The position numbers were made by a program, and so were the translations under genes. Positions 16,596 through 25,802 of a stretch of 61,908 bases of DNA are shown here, piece after piece (position 1 is the stretch's first letter; each line of letters begins with the position of its first letter). This DNA is from a virus (Duplodnaviria; Caudoviricetes), in IMG/VR virus record IMGVR_UViG_3300033067_000570, positions 1 through 61,908 of that record, one strand, 5' to 3'. The notes beneath the pieces were generated by a model. It ran no database searches, was not told where the DNA came from, and saw only the letters and a list, made by a program, of their open reading frames with translations.

Positions 16596-19241
16596 ATGCT
16601 TATAACGTACTCTAAGGGCCTGTTTCGCGCTTATGAAGTCGTGGACGGTACTGAAATGGAAGCGCTTGGTTGGCGTTTCTTGCGCGGACAGAATGTGTAC
16701 GTTACAGCGAACGCCCTCAACGCTTCACGTTTTCGTGAATATGCCGATGACGTAGCTAAACAAGCGCTGATCCAGTATGGAGATGCGTTTTACGCGGCTG
16801 TCACACGTAGCAATGCGCTTGATGCGAACATCGTTATTCCTGCGCCCACCGGTCTGGCTTACCGGCCGTATCAAAAGGCAGGTATAGCGTACGCGAAAGA
16901 TCTTCCGCGCGTGTTGATTGGCGATTCCATGCGACTCGGCAAGGAACAGCCCCTCGACGCCCGACTCTTGACGCCGACTGGGTGGACAAGGATGGGGGAC
17001 GCGTACGTTGGTATGCGGATTATCGGGCGGGACGGTAGGCCGTATGAGGTCACTGGGGTCTACCCGCAAGGTGTGCATGCAGCGTACCGCGTTACTCTGT
17101 TTGATGGCTCATCGACAACGTGTGGGCGCGAACATCTATTCACCTATAAGACGTGTCGCGGCGGTGAAACGACAAAAACTGTCGGCGAAATGATGGACAG
17201 CGGACTGACGTATCCGTCTAGCGCTGCCCACTACAAGTACGTTTTGCCCACTATGGCGTGTGCTGAATTTACGCCACGTACTATGCCAATTGATCCGTAT
17301 TTGTTGGGAGTTCTAATTGGCGACGGTTATTTAGCTGGTGACGGTACTTGTTTCTCGGCCGGGGACAATAAGTGCGAAATAGTCGAACGTGTTGCGCAAA
17401 TAATTCATCCGCACTCGAAGTTAACTAAGCAGAATACGAGCGGATGTCCTCAGTGGCGTATTGCTGGTACCACGTATAGATCGTCGCCGATAAAGGGCGC
17501 ATTGAAGGCGCTTGACCTGTGTGTCGGATCAAAGAAGCGATTCATTCCGCCTGTGTATCTGTTCGCCTGCGCAGACGATCGGCTTGAGTTGCTTCGAGGG
17601 CTGATGGACACTGATGGCAGTTGTCGTGATAACAGAAGCACGTTCCATACGTGCTCTACTACCCTAGCTTATGATGTGGCTCATCTTGTCCGCAGTCTTG
17701 GTGGATTGGCAGCAGTACATGCATACGACCGCTCTGCTGAGAACAAGCCATTAGAATATCAGGTACGCGTTAATATTGACGTGTGCCCATTTCATATGAC
17801 GTACAAACGCTTACAATGGCGTAAGCCGACGCAAAAGCGCGGCAAAGCGATCGTCTCGATAGAATATATCGGTGACGTAGAGCAGCAGTGTATATCGACC
17901 AGCGCGCCAGATCAGTTGTATGTGACTGACGACTTCATTGTCACCCATAACACGATCCAAGCAATCGGCGTGATGAATACTAAACCTGATCTCAAGGATG
18001 CGCTAATTGTTTGTCCAGCTACGGCGAAGTACAATTGGAAGCGGGAGCTTGAAAAGTGGCTAGTGCATGAGGGCACCAGTGTTGGCGTAGTCGAGGGCGC
18101 CAAATGGCCGGACACGTCCGTTGTGATCATCAACTATGACCTACTGTTGCGCCACAAAGACATGTTGACCGGTGCGCCGTGGGACGTTGCCGTTTTCGAT
18201 GAGTGCCACGCGCTCAAGAACCCTACCGCAAAGCGGACGAAAATCGTCTACGGACACAGGCGCGAACCCCGCATTCAGGCACATCAAAAGCTGTTCTTGT
18301 CTGGAACGGCTTTGTTTAAGAGCCCCATCGACTTGTGGACGATCTGTAAGGAGTGTGATCCGAAAGGTCTCGGTGCTGACTGGTTGAAATTCGTGTACCG
18401 GTATTGCGCCGCTAAGAAGGACAGGTTTGGCCTGGATACGTCTGGTGCGTCGAACCTCGAAGAACTACAATTCAGGATGCGCTCGAAGTTCATGGTGCGT
18501 CGAGAGAAGTGGGACGTGGCCGCAGAAATTGAACCGAAGCGCGAGACAATCTTGCTACCCGAAGCTGGGCTTGAAGCAATTGTTCGGCGTGAAGCAAAAG
18601 TCGTTCGTAACGAACTCGGCGACTTCGCTGCGCTACTCAACGGTGTTCTCGATGAAGATGCTGTTGACAAGATCGTGAATCGTTATTCGCGGTTTGACGG
18701 CGTCCAACGTGACGATGATGAAGATGTGCCCGCTGAACATTTGGCGACCGTGCGGCGCGAGCTTGCGCTCGCTAAGTTGCCTATGTGCGTCGAGCATTTG
18801 AAGGGCCTGCTTGAGGATGAGCCGAAGATTGTCATCTTTGCTCATCACCGAGACGTGATCGACGCGCTGCGTGCAGAATTCCCGAATGCGGCTGTTGTGT
18901 ACGGCGGCATGACCGCCAAAAGCAAAGACGAGCAGATCATTCGTTTCCAGACCGATCCTACGTGCTCGGTGTTCATTGGAAACATCGTCGCGGCCGGACA
19001 AGCCATTGATCTGTCTATGGCAAACGTCGTCGCGTTTATAGAACTCTCGTGGGTTCCATCTGAAATGGATCAGGCCGAAGAACGCGTTTGGGCTGTCGGT
19101 AAGACGGAAATGAACTGGATCTACCGATACGTTGTTGAGGACTCGCTGGACGAACGCATGGTTGCGATCCTTGACAGGCGGCAGCGGAACGTACATAAGG
19201 CTATGAACATCGCAGCATTATGTGGTGGTACCCGTTCGTAA
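16596..19241 (+). CDS. SNF2-family (SF2) helicase, intein-containing
   Basis: YQK.G, GDSMRLGK|T, IVCPA, DECH, LSGT, and C-terminal G.AIDLS and QAEER motifs. Confidence 0.92.
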   Translation: MLITYSKGLFRAYEVVDGTEMEALGWRFLRGQNVYVTANALNASRFREYADDVAKQALIQYGDAFYAAVTRSNALDANIVIPAPTGLAYRPYQKAGIAYAKDLPRVLIGDSMRLGKEQPLDARLLTPTGWTRMGDAYVGMRIIGRDGRPYEVTGVYPQGVHAAYRVTLFDGSSTTCGREHLFTYKTCRGGETTKTVGEMMDSGLTYPSSAAHYKYVLPTMACAEFTPRTMPIDPYLLGVLIGDGYLAGDGTCFSAGDNKCEIVERVAQIIHPHSKLTKQNTSGCPQWRIAGTTYRSSPIKGALKALDLCVGSKKRFIPPVYLFACADDRLELLRGLMDTDGSCRDNRSTFHTCSTTLAYDVAHLVRSLGGLAAVHAYDRSAENKPLEYQVRVNIDVCPFHMTYKRLQWRKPTQKRGKAIVSIEYIGDVEQQCISTSAPDQLYVTDDFIVTHNTIQAIGVMNTKPDLKDALIVCPATAKYNWKRELEKWLVHEGTSVGVVEGAKWPDTSVVIINYDLLLRHKDMLTGAPWDVAVFDECHALKNPTAKRTKIVYGHRREPRIQAHQKLFLSGTALFKSPIDLWTICKECDPKGLGADWLKFVYRYCAAKKDRFGLDTSGASNLEELQFRMRSKFMVRREKWDVAAEIEPKRETILLPEAGLEAIVRREAKVVRNELGDFAALLNGVLDEDAVDKIVNRYSRFDGVQRDDDEDVPAEHLATVRRELALAKLPMCVEHLKGLLEDEPKIVIFAHHRDVIDALRAEFPNAAVVYGGMTAKSKDEQIIRFQTDPTCSVFIGNIVAAGQAIDLSMANVVAFIELSWVPSEMDQAEERVWAVGKTEMNWIYRYVVEDSLDERMVAILDRRQRNVHKAMNIAALCGGTRS
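16944..17951 (+). mobile_element. Class-3-type intein with LAGLIDADG endonuclease in the helicase Walker A (336 aa)
   Basis: Starts EQPLDARLLTPTGW; LLGVLIGDG and LLRGLMDTDG; block F QQCISTSAPDQLY; ends VTHN with +1 Thr. Confidence 0.92.
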
Positions 19242-19277
19242 CCTTCTTCCTACCACTGCTTGGGAGTATTGATTTCT

Positions 19278-21494
19278 ATGCGTTCACTAATATACGACGT
19301 GGAGACAAACGGCTTATTGCGAAAGCATCGCGATGCGACTCCTATGGATCGTATCCACTGTCTTGTCATGCGTGACGCTGTAACGCGCGAGACGTTCAGG
19401 TTCCGCCGCTGCGAGGCTGGCGAGTACGACTTTCCGATTGGCGTAGACGCTGACGGAAAGAAGCTGTATGAGCGTCGGTTTGTTGAGGCCCAAGATACTA
19501 TCGCAGAAGGCGTCGAGATGCTGCGGGCGGCCGATAGGGTCATCGGCCATAACGTCATCCACTTCGATAACAAAGCCATTCAGATCGTTTTTCCTGACTG
19601 GGCGCCGACTGGTGAAGTTGTCGATACGCTCGTACTCGCACGCATGTTGGTGCCCGACATCAAGAACGGCGATTTCAACCTCCATAAGGCCGGGAAGCTT
19701 CCTGGCTGGTTGATTGGCTCGCACTCATTGGATGCTTGGGGATACCGCCTGGGCAAACACAAGGGTGAGTACGCCAACGACATGATCAAGCGCGGGCTCG
19801 ATCCGTGGGCTTCGTGGAATCCTGAACAGGAAGAATATTGTGAGAACGATATTTCTGTTACGGAGATTTTGTGGAATACAATTTCCCAAGACCCGCCGCC
19901 TGAGAGCGCCGTCGCGCTTGAGCAGCAGATCCACGACATCGTCGGTCAGATGGAAGCAAACGGCTTTTTTTTCGATCTGGCGCAGGCCGAAAAACTGGCA
20001 GACGAACTCCGAGTTCAAATCGAGTTAAAATCCGCCGAGGTCGTTAAGTCGTTCGGTTCTTGGTACAAGCCCAAGAAGAAAAAGATCGTTAAGATCCAGT
20101 GGGAAGACCCCAACGGCATCAACGCGGCGAAAACATATGCTACTCCTAACACTGCGTGGGGGGAGGACTACTCACGCGCTGTTTGGGGAGACATGACGTT
20201 CCCCAAAAAGACGAGGCGCGGGTACGGCGTAAATACGAAGAAGAAAAAACCCGGCGTAAAGACGCTCCCGGATGTTACCGAAGGTTGCCCGTTCGTGGCG
20301 ATCGAGCGCGTTCAGTTCAATCCGCGTTCGCGCCACCACATTATCGACAGGTTCACCAACGTCTATGGGTGGACGCCTGAGACGTTCACGGATGCGGGGT
20401 CTCCGTCAGTCGATGACCCGGTACTGACGAAGCTGATCGAGACGATCCCCGAAGCTGGGCCGTTGGCCGACATCTTGTACATGGAGAAGCGGTACGGCCA
20501 GATCTATAAGGGTAAGGCGTCGTGGATAAACGCCTATAACCCTGACACTGAACGAATTCACCCATACACGAATACTGGCGGGACTGTGTCCGGCCGGTGC
20601 GCGCACGTTGCACCGAACATCGCCCAAGTTCCGGCAGTTCAAGTCGCTAAGATCAAGGACGGTAAGGTAATTGACGGCGACAAAATCCTCGACTTGCTTC
20701 CGTACGAGTACATCGCACATGATGGCAAGGCCATTCTGTTGGGCTCGGCGGGCGGTTGGGGATACGAATGCCGCAGCCTGTTTTACGTTCCGAGCTTCAT
20801 CAACGATGAAGAATGGGTTGAGGTAGGCGTCGATCTGTCCGGTATCGAATTTCGTTGCCTTGCCGAACGCTGCGCAAAGTATGACGGCGGTGAGTTGATT
20901 CAGGTTGTGTTATCCGGCGATATCCATGCCATCAACATGGCGTCAACTGGCATCACTGATCGCTCTGTCGTCAAGCGCGTTCTGTACGGCTTGATGTACG
21001 GTGCAGGCGATTGGAAAATAGGTCACACGGTTGCCCCTTACGCGTCTGATAATCAGAAGCGCGCGTTGGGACGCGAGATCCGGGCAAAACTCATGCGTGG
21101 TTTGCCGGCATTGAAGAAGGTGATCGACGAGTGTCAGGAACAGGCTGAGCACGGCTTCTTGATCGGACTCGATGGTCGGCGCCTGCCGGCGCGAAGCAGG
21201 CATTCTGCGCTCAATCTGCGCCTGCAGAGTGACGCCGCGTTCGTTGCAAAGAAGTGGATATGCCTCACTGAGGAATTCGCTTTTGATGAAGGAATGTCAC
21301 ACGGATGGCGCGGGGATTTTGCCATGTTGGCGTTCATCCACGACGAGGCACAGAGCGCTGTCAAGAAAGTGCACGCCGACATGTATGCTAAACTCTGTAT
21401 CAAAGCGGCGGCAGCGGCCGGTGAGTTTTTCAACTTTAACTGTCCGATTGACGCAGAGTCAAAGATCGGCACAAACTGGGCGAGTACACACTGA
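19278..21494 (+). CDS. polA: DNA polymerase family A (T7-like) with 3'-5' exonuclease
   Basis: ExoI DVETNG, ExoII GHNVIHFD, SLDAWGYRLG; motif A DLSGIEFR, motif B KRVLYGLMYG (Tyr at the 762-equivalent position), motif C IHDE. Confidence 0.95.
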   Translation: MRSLIYDVETNGLLRKHRDATPMDRIHCLVMRDAVTRETFRFRRCEAGEYDFPIGVDADGKKLYERRFVEAQDTIAEGVEMLRAADRVIGHNVIHFDNKAIQIVFPDWAPTGEVVDTLVLARMLVPDIKNGDFNLHKAGKLPGWLIGSHSLDAWGYRLGKHKGEYANDMIKRGLDPWASWNPEQEEYCENDISVTEILWNTISQDPPPESAVALEQQIHDIVGQMEANGFFFDLAQAEKLADELRVQIELKSAEVVKSFGSWYKPKKKKIVKIQWEDPNGINAAKTYATPNTAWGEDYSRAVWGDMTFPKKTRRGYGVNTKKKKPGVKTLPDVTEGCPFVAIERVQFNPRSRHHIIDRFTNVYGWTPETFTDAGSPSVDDPVLTKLIETIPEAGPLADILYMEKRYGQIYKGKASWINAYNPDTERIHPYTNTGGTVSGRCAHVAPNIAQVPAVQVAKIKDGKVIDGDKILDLLPYEYIAHDGKAILLGSAGGWGYECRSLFYVPSFINDEEWVEVGVDLSGIEFRCLAERCAKYDGGELIQVVLSGDIHAINMASTGITDRSVVKRVLYGLMYGAGDWKIGHTVAPYASDNQKRALGREIRAKLMRGLPALKKVIDECQEQAEHGFLIGLDGRRLPARSRHSALNLRLQSDAAFVAKKWICLTEEFAFDEGMSHGWRGDFAMLAFIHDEAQSAVKKVHADMYAKLCIKAAAAAGEFFNFNCPIDAESKIGTNWASTH

Positions 21495-22033
21495 TGAAAC
21501 ATTCGATTGAGCAGCTTAAATCTATGGTTAGTTATGATCCTGATACTGGACATTTCTATCGTGTGGGGTATAGCCACCATTCACATAGGCATCGTGTAGG
21601 AGCCCGCGCAGATATTTTCCATAATAAAAAAGGTTGGCGCTGCAGGCGGGTACTGGTACTCGGCAAACGCTATTCAGCACACCGTCTTGCGTGGCTATTC
21701 GTTCATGGCACATTTCCTGCTAATACGATAGATCATATTAATGGTGCTGGGGAAGATAATCGTATTATAAATCTACGTGAAGCCACGCGTTCTGATAACG
21801 CTAGAAATGCGCGTACTTCAAAACGCAATACGTCAGGCTTAAAAGGCGTTAATTTCCGTCCTGATAGAAAAAAGTGGCGTGCTTCGATTCGCGTCAATAG
21901 AAAATCAATACACTTAGGACTATTTAGTACACGGGAGGAAGCGCACGCAGCTTACGTCGCTGCTGCCGCCAGCCTTCATGGTGCGTTTGCCAATGACGGA
22001 ACGGGACCGATCAGCTGTCACTTGGCGCCATAA
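21494..22033 (+). CDS. HNH homing endonuclease with C-terminal AP2 DNA-binding domain
   Basis: AHRLAW..IDHING...DNRIINLR..T..N, followed by NTSG.KGV...KWRASI....IHLG.F.T.EEA..AY. Confidence 0.9.
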   Translation: MKHSIEQLKSMVSYDPDTGHFYRVGYSHHSHRHRVGARADIFHNKKGWRCRRVLVLGKRYSAHRLAWLFVHGTFPANTIDHINGAGEDNRIINLREATRSDNARNARTSKRNTSGLKGVNFRPDRKKWRASIRVNRKSIHLGLFSTREEAHAAYVAAAASLHGAFANDGTGPISCHLAP

Positions 22034-22050
22034 TTGGAGACATCTGTCTG

Positions 22051-22359
22051 ATGACTAAGGTAAACGGACTCACAGAGGATCAATACACAGCGTTTCGGCG
22101 CGAACTGCGTGCGGCTCCCTGTACACGGGAAGCAATCGACGCTCTGTATTGTAAATGGTTCGCGTCTGCTGGTAGTACGTACTATCCTGACGAGTGGTAC
22201 ACTGATAAGGATAACAGGCTTCGAGGTGCCGCGACCGGGTATTTGAGCTGCCTCGTCAGGGCTGGCGGAAAAATGGTTTGGAGGGCGTATTCCGAAGACG
22301 AAATGCGTGTGTGGGCGCTTGGGAAGTACCGCGTTAACCAAGACGGACATTCCTGTTGA
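22051..22359 (+). CDS. Hypothetical protein
   Basis: ATG with a GGAG RBS; in the operon. Confidence 0.65.
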   Translation: MTKVNGLTEDQYTAFRRELRAAPCTREAIDALYCKWFASAGSTYYPDEWYTDKDNRLRGAATGYLSCLVRAGGKMVWRAYSEDEMRVWALGKYRVNQDGHSC

Positions 22360-22384
22360 CGGCGTATGGCAGGTGTGGCATTGT
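22356..22384 (+). promoter_or_regulatory. sigma70-like promoter immediately upstream of the tRNA-like element
   Basis: TTGACG (22356-22361), 17 nt, CATTGT (22379-22384). Confidence 0.45.
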
Positions 22385-22389
22385 CCGAA

Positions 22390-22466
22390 TGCGGGCAGGA
22401 CAAATCAGATAAGTCGGCAGTCTCATAAACTGCAGGATGCCGGGCAGAACGGCAGCTCCGCAACCA
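22390..22466 (+). tRNA. Degenerate tRNA(CAU)-like RNA
   Basis: 77 nt; acceptor TGCGGGC/GCTCCGCA plus ACCA; anticodon arm GCAGT-CTCATAA-ACTGC; T arm TGCCG-GGCAGAA-CGGCA (non-canonical loop); D loop lacks GG. Confidence 0.6.
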
Positions 22467-22497
22467 AATCTGAATTGAAATAGATACAGAGGACTTC

Positions 22498-22749
22498 ATG
22501 AAGCAGGTTGATCTGAATACGGCCGAAGTGCAAGATCCGTCCCAGCTGTTGCTGGTTTCGTCGTTCATGTCTGATGGCCGGTGGCACACGATCCCGCAAA
22601 TCGCCGAGCATCTTCGGTGCCCCGAGGCGTCCATCAGTGCGCGCCTCCGCGATCTGCGCAAGTCGAAATACGGCGCTCACACCGTCAATCGCAAGTACGT
22701 CGCTCAAGGGCTGTTCGCGTACCAGTACGTCGAGAATCCTTCGGCCTGA
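22498..22749 (+). CDS. Winged-helix DNA-binding protein
   Basis: DGRWHTIPQIAEHL..PEASISARLRDLRK..YG motif, common in phage wHTH proteins. Confidence 0.75.
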   Translation: MKQVDLNTAEVQDPSQLLLVSSFMSDGRWHTIPQIAEHLRCPEASISARLRDLRKSKYGAHTVNRKYVAQGLFAYQYVENPSA

Positions 22750-22796
22750 TTTCGTGCTGCGCTTCGTCGTCATCATTCAAATTAAGTAGGTTCTCC

Positions 22797-23882
22797 GTGG
22801 CTGAGTCGTACGTTATCGACCTCAAAGCTGTGTTCGACAAGTATATGGCGTCGAACCAGAAGAAGTGGGCGCACGATCGTTCGACTACGCTCGGAGCTTC
22901 CGAAGCTTTCGATTGTATGCGAAAGTTGGTGTATGAGAAGCGCGGCGACGAATTCGGCGCGGAGCCCGACGAGGAGTACGTCGAGCGTTGGGGAGCCACG
23001 GAACGCGGTAACCTGATCGAGAACTACTTCGTTGTTCCGGCGATGGCCCATCTTCCGGAGGAACTGTCATTCATCCTTGGCGGTGATGATCAGAAAACGC
23101 ACGTGCTGAGTCGTAACTCGGCGACGCCTGATGGCCTCATTATTGGTGTGCCGAACGGCCCAGTAGAAGTACGGTATGGCGACAATATCTTTCTTCTCCC
23201 TTCGGTCACGACCGGGTGTATCGGCTTAGAAATCAAGTCGATCGACCCGCGTGCTGTGTTGGAAGAAGAACGGACTAAGCATCACAATCAGTCGCAGATC
23301 GGCATCGGCATGATCCGCGAGACGACTGACTGGGAGCCGGAATACTGGATCATTCTGTACATTGATGCGGCGTGGCTCGATGTCATTACGCCGTTCGTCG
23401 TTACGTATGATCCGAAAGTGTTCGAAATCGCCAAGCTTCGTGCCATAAAGGTGTACGAACTCGATGATCCGATGAAGGCGTGGCCCGAAGGCAAGGTTGA
23501 TGGCGGATGCAAATACTGCCGGTGGCGAAAGGCGTGTGGACAAGGTACGGTAAATCAGATCGCCGAATATAAGGCGGACAGCAGTGATCCTCTTGACGTT
23601 GCGGAGCTTGACCCGTTTGTTATCGAGTACAATTCGACGCAGGTTACCGCCACAGCAGCTGCGGAAGAACACAATTTAGCCGCACAACGGTTGAAGGATA
23701 AGCTCGCTGAGAAGCGGCTGAAAAAGATCGGCAGTCCTGGATGGGGCGTGTCGTGGTATTCAAACAAGGGAAGAAAAACACTTGATTTGAAGGCCATGAA
23801 AGCCGATGGGATCGATGTTGCGAAATATGAAATCCAAGGCGCCCCGTATGACGTGTTGCGAGTCACAGATCGTAACAAGTGA
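22797..23882 (+). CDS. Cas4-like PD-(D/E)XK exonuclease
   Basis: GASE..C.RK, RG, TPDG, LEIKS, Q and C-terminal CKYC.....C (four-Cys Fe-S pattern); GTG start at 22797. Confidence 0.8.
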   Translation: MAESYVIDLKAVFDKYMASNQKKWAHDRSTTLGASEAFDCMRKLVYEKRGDEFGAEPDEEYVERWGATERGNLIENYFVVPAMAHLPEELSFILGGDDQKTHVLSRNSATPDGLIIGVPNGPVEVRYGDNIFLLPSVTTGCIGLEIKSIDPRAVLEEERTKHHNQSQIGIGMIRETTDWEPEYWIILYIDAAWLDVITPFVVTYDPKVFEIAKLRAIKVYELDDPMKAWPEGKVDGGCKYCRWRKACGQGTVNQIAEYKADSSDPLDVAELDPFVIEYNSTQVTATAAAEEHNLAAQRLKDKLAEKRLKKIGSPGWGVSWYSNKGRKTLDLKAMKADGIDVAKYEIQGAPYDVLRVTDRNK

Positions 23883-23911
23883 AGTAACCTGAGCAAAAAG
23901 AGAGAAACAAC

Positions 23912-24634
23912 ATGAATAACATCGTTGTCCCCCCGAGTGGTGGACGTGGCCTTACTGCCTTCGCTGGTGGCGTAAATCCGTTCAGCCAGACTGCAGCCGA
24001 TGCCGGCGTGTCGAGTGCGCGGCGCCTCAACTTCAACGGCAAGACCGGCGTGTGGTCTGTCGGCAAGGAAGATGTTGATGACGGCGCCGTCCTCGCCTTC
24101 GACCTGTGGAATGCCAAGTACGTATGGACTGCTTGGAAGTCCAAGAAGCCGGTCGAGACGCACTACTTCTCGATCGTCAACGGCGAGAAGCCGACTCCGG
24201 TCGATCAGCTGACCAACCACTGGGCCGAAGGGAAGAAGAACAGCGACGGCTGGCAACTCGGCATCATGGTGAAGACCGTCGATCCGAACGTCGGCGAGGA
24301 GATGGACACGACGTTCAAGGCGGACACGCCGTGGCGTCCCATCCTCAAGCTGCTGGCCGAGTACGGGAGCAAGATGAAGACCCACCTCGACGAGGCCGGC
24401 GGCTTCAAGATCCCGTTGATCGAAATCGGCACCGACAAGTTCGAGACCAAGGACGGCGACACGGCCTACGCGCCGACGCTGCGCCTCGCTGACTGGATCA
24501 GCGTCGCCGAGATGGACGCGATCAAGGAGGCCGCCGAGAGCGCTCTTGCCGGCGACGAGGCGGAAGATGTCCAGGAGGCCGTGACCCAGGAACCGGTGAG
24601 GGCGCCGGCTCTGCGCATCGGCAAGCGCGTCTGA
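23912..24634 (+). CDS. Putative ssDNA-binding/annealing protein
   Basis: Follows the exonuclease; L.F.GK.G.W, aromatic beta-rich core, acidic C-terminal region. Function inferred from context. Confidence 0.45.
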   Translation: MNNIVVPPSGGRGLTAFAGGVNPFSQTAADAGVSSARRLNFNGKTGVWSVGKEDVDDGAVLAFDLWNAKYVWTAWKSKKPVETHYFSIVNGEKPTPVDQLTNHWAEGKKNSDGWQLGIMVKTVDPNVGEEMDTTFKADTPWRPILKLLAEYGSKMKTHLDEAGGFKIPLIEIGTDKFETKDGDTAYAPTLRLADWISVAEMDAIKEAAESALAGDEAEDVQEAVTQEPVRAPALRIGKRV

Positions 24635-24666
24635 TCGCAATTCCAGCCTTGCGAAAGGGTGTGTAA

Positions 24667-25056
24667 ATGACCAACTCCACGAAGTCCCCGGCAGCAGTGC
24701 CGGGGACAAACCCCAAAGATCTGCTCGGCATCAAGAAGCCGCCGCTTTCGCTTGTTCCGCCTGTCGCGCTGATTCACTGCTCGATGGCGATGAAGAACGG
24801 CATGGAAAAGTACGGCGCCTACAATTTCAGGGAAACAGCTGTCCAGGCCCTGATCTACGCTGATGCTGCGCAGCGTCATATTCTGTCGTGGATCGACGGA
24901 GAGGAATTCGCGGCGGATAGCGGTGTGCATCACCTTGGACACGCTATGGCGTGTGCCGCGATCCTTCTCGATGCACAATCCACTGGGATGCTGGCCGACA
25001 ATCGACCTCCCAGGGGGCGGGCAGCCCAATTGATTGCGGAATTGACCATCAAGTAA
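24667..25056 (+). CDS. dATP/dGTP diphosphohydrolase domain protein (DUF5664)
   Basis: NPKD..G.KK..LSLVP, G..KYG.YN.R, A..RH...W.DGE...DSG.HHL.HA.AC..IL motifs. Confidence 0.85.
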   Translation: MTNSTKSPAAVPGTNPKDLLGIKKPPLSLVPPVALIHCSMAMKNGMEKYGAYNFRETAVQALIYADAAQRHILSWIDGEEFAADSGVHHLGHAMACAAILLDAQSTGMLADNRPPRGRAAQLIAELTIK

Positions 25057-25141
25057 GCTTCTGTTTGCTTGCGGTATGAAGTTCTGCAACACTGAAAACG
25101 CGCAAGACCCAATCTCTCAACTCTTTGAAAGGACGTTTACA

Positions 25142-25384
25142 ATGGCAAAATTCACTGTCGTCGTCTCGGATACGCCGGACGGTACCGTCGATGTCGTTCG
25201 TACGAAGGTTTTCCCGGCATCCGCTCTGACGGATCCGATCACGCGGGCCGGCATGTTGGTCGTCGTCTTTGGCGCCCTCACGGCGCATCCCGAGCTGGTC
25301 GATAACTTCTATGGGCAGTACATCGCGACGCTGGAGAGCGAGATGGCTGAGGCCGACGAGTCCACCGCTGCCGCAGCGCAGTAA
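25142..25384 (+). CDS. Hypothetical protein
   Basis: ATG 25142 with an AAGGA RBS. Confidence 0.7.
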   Translation: MAKFTVVVSDTPDGTVDVVRTKVFPASALTDPITRAGMLVVVFGALTAHPELVDNFYGQYIATLESEMAEADESTAAAAQ

Positions 25385-25420
25385 TCAACGGCGCTAACAG
25401 CGCACTGAAAGGAATCTACA

Positions 25421-25741
25421 ATGTCCAAGTTCATTTTCGTCGTCGAGGACGGTGCTGACAGCAATTCGGCAAACGTCGTGTGTTCCGAATACACCGTGGC
25501 CGGCATGGAACTCGGCGGCCCTGTCCCGCCCGCGCTGATCATCGCCCTGGCGATCCAGGAACTCACCAGCGGCCGACACAACGAACTCGTCGATCTTCTC
25601 TATGCGCGCCATATGAACGTGGTGCTCGATTCGGCGGCGAAGATGTCCGATGATGATCTCCCCGGCGACGGGGCTGCAGACATCGCCGCCATCAAGAAGG
25701 TGATGGCAGAACAACCGGCGCTGTCTGTCGTTGGTGATTGA
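25421..25741 (+). CDS. Hypothetical protein
   Basis: ATG with an AAGGA RBS, directly after an ACAGCGCACTG motif. Confidence 0.7.
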   Translation: MSKFIFVVEDGADSNSANVVCSEYTVAGMELGGPVPPALIIALAIQELTSGRHNELVDLLYARHMNVVLDSAAKMSDDDLPGDGAADIAAIKKVMAEQPALSVVGD

Positions 25742-25802
25742 CGCGGTGCGTTAACTACACTAACGTCACTCCTCGTCTCTCCACCACAACAAGGCAACAA
25801 CA

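Noticed and set aside
22581-22796. N-terminal extension of ORF 22581-23882
   Set aside because: It overlaps the wHTH gene and is low-complexity; GTG 22797 is the more plausible start.
23555-24709. Long antisense ORFs (for example 23555-24709, 15503-16462, 43902-44996)
   Set aside because: They are antisense shadows of high-GC3 genes and carry no motifs.
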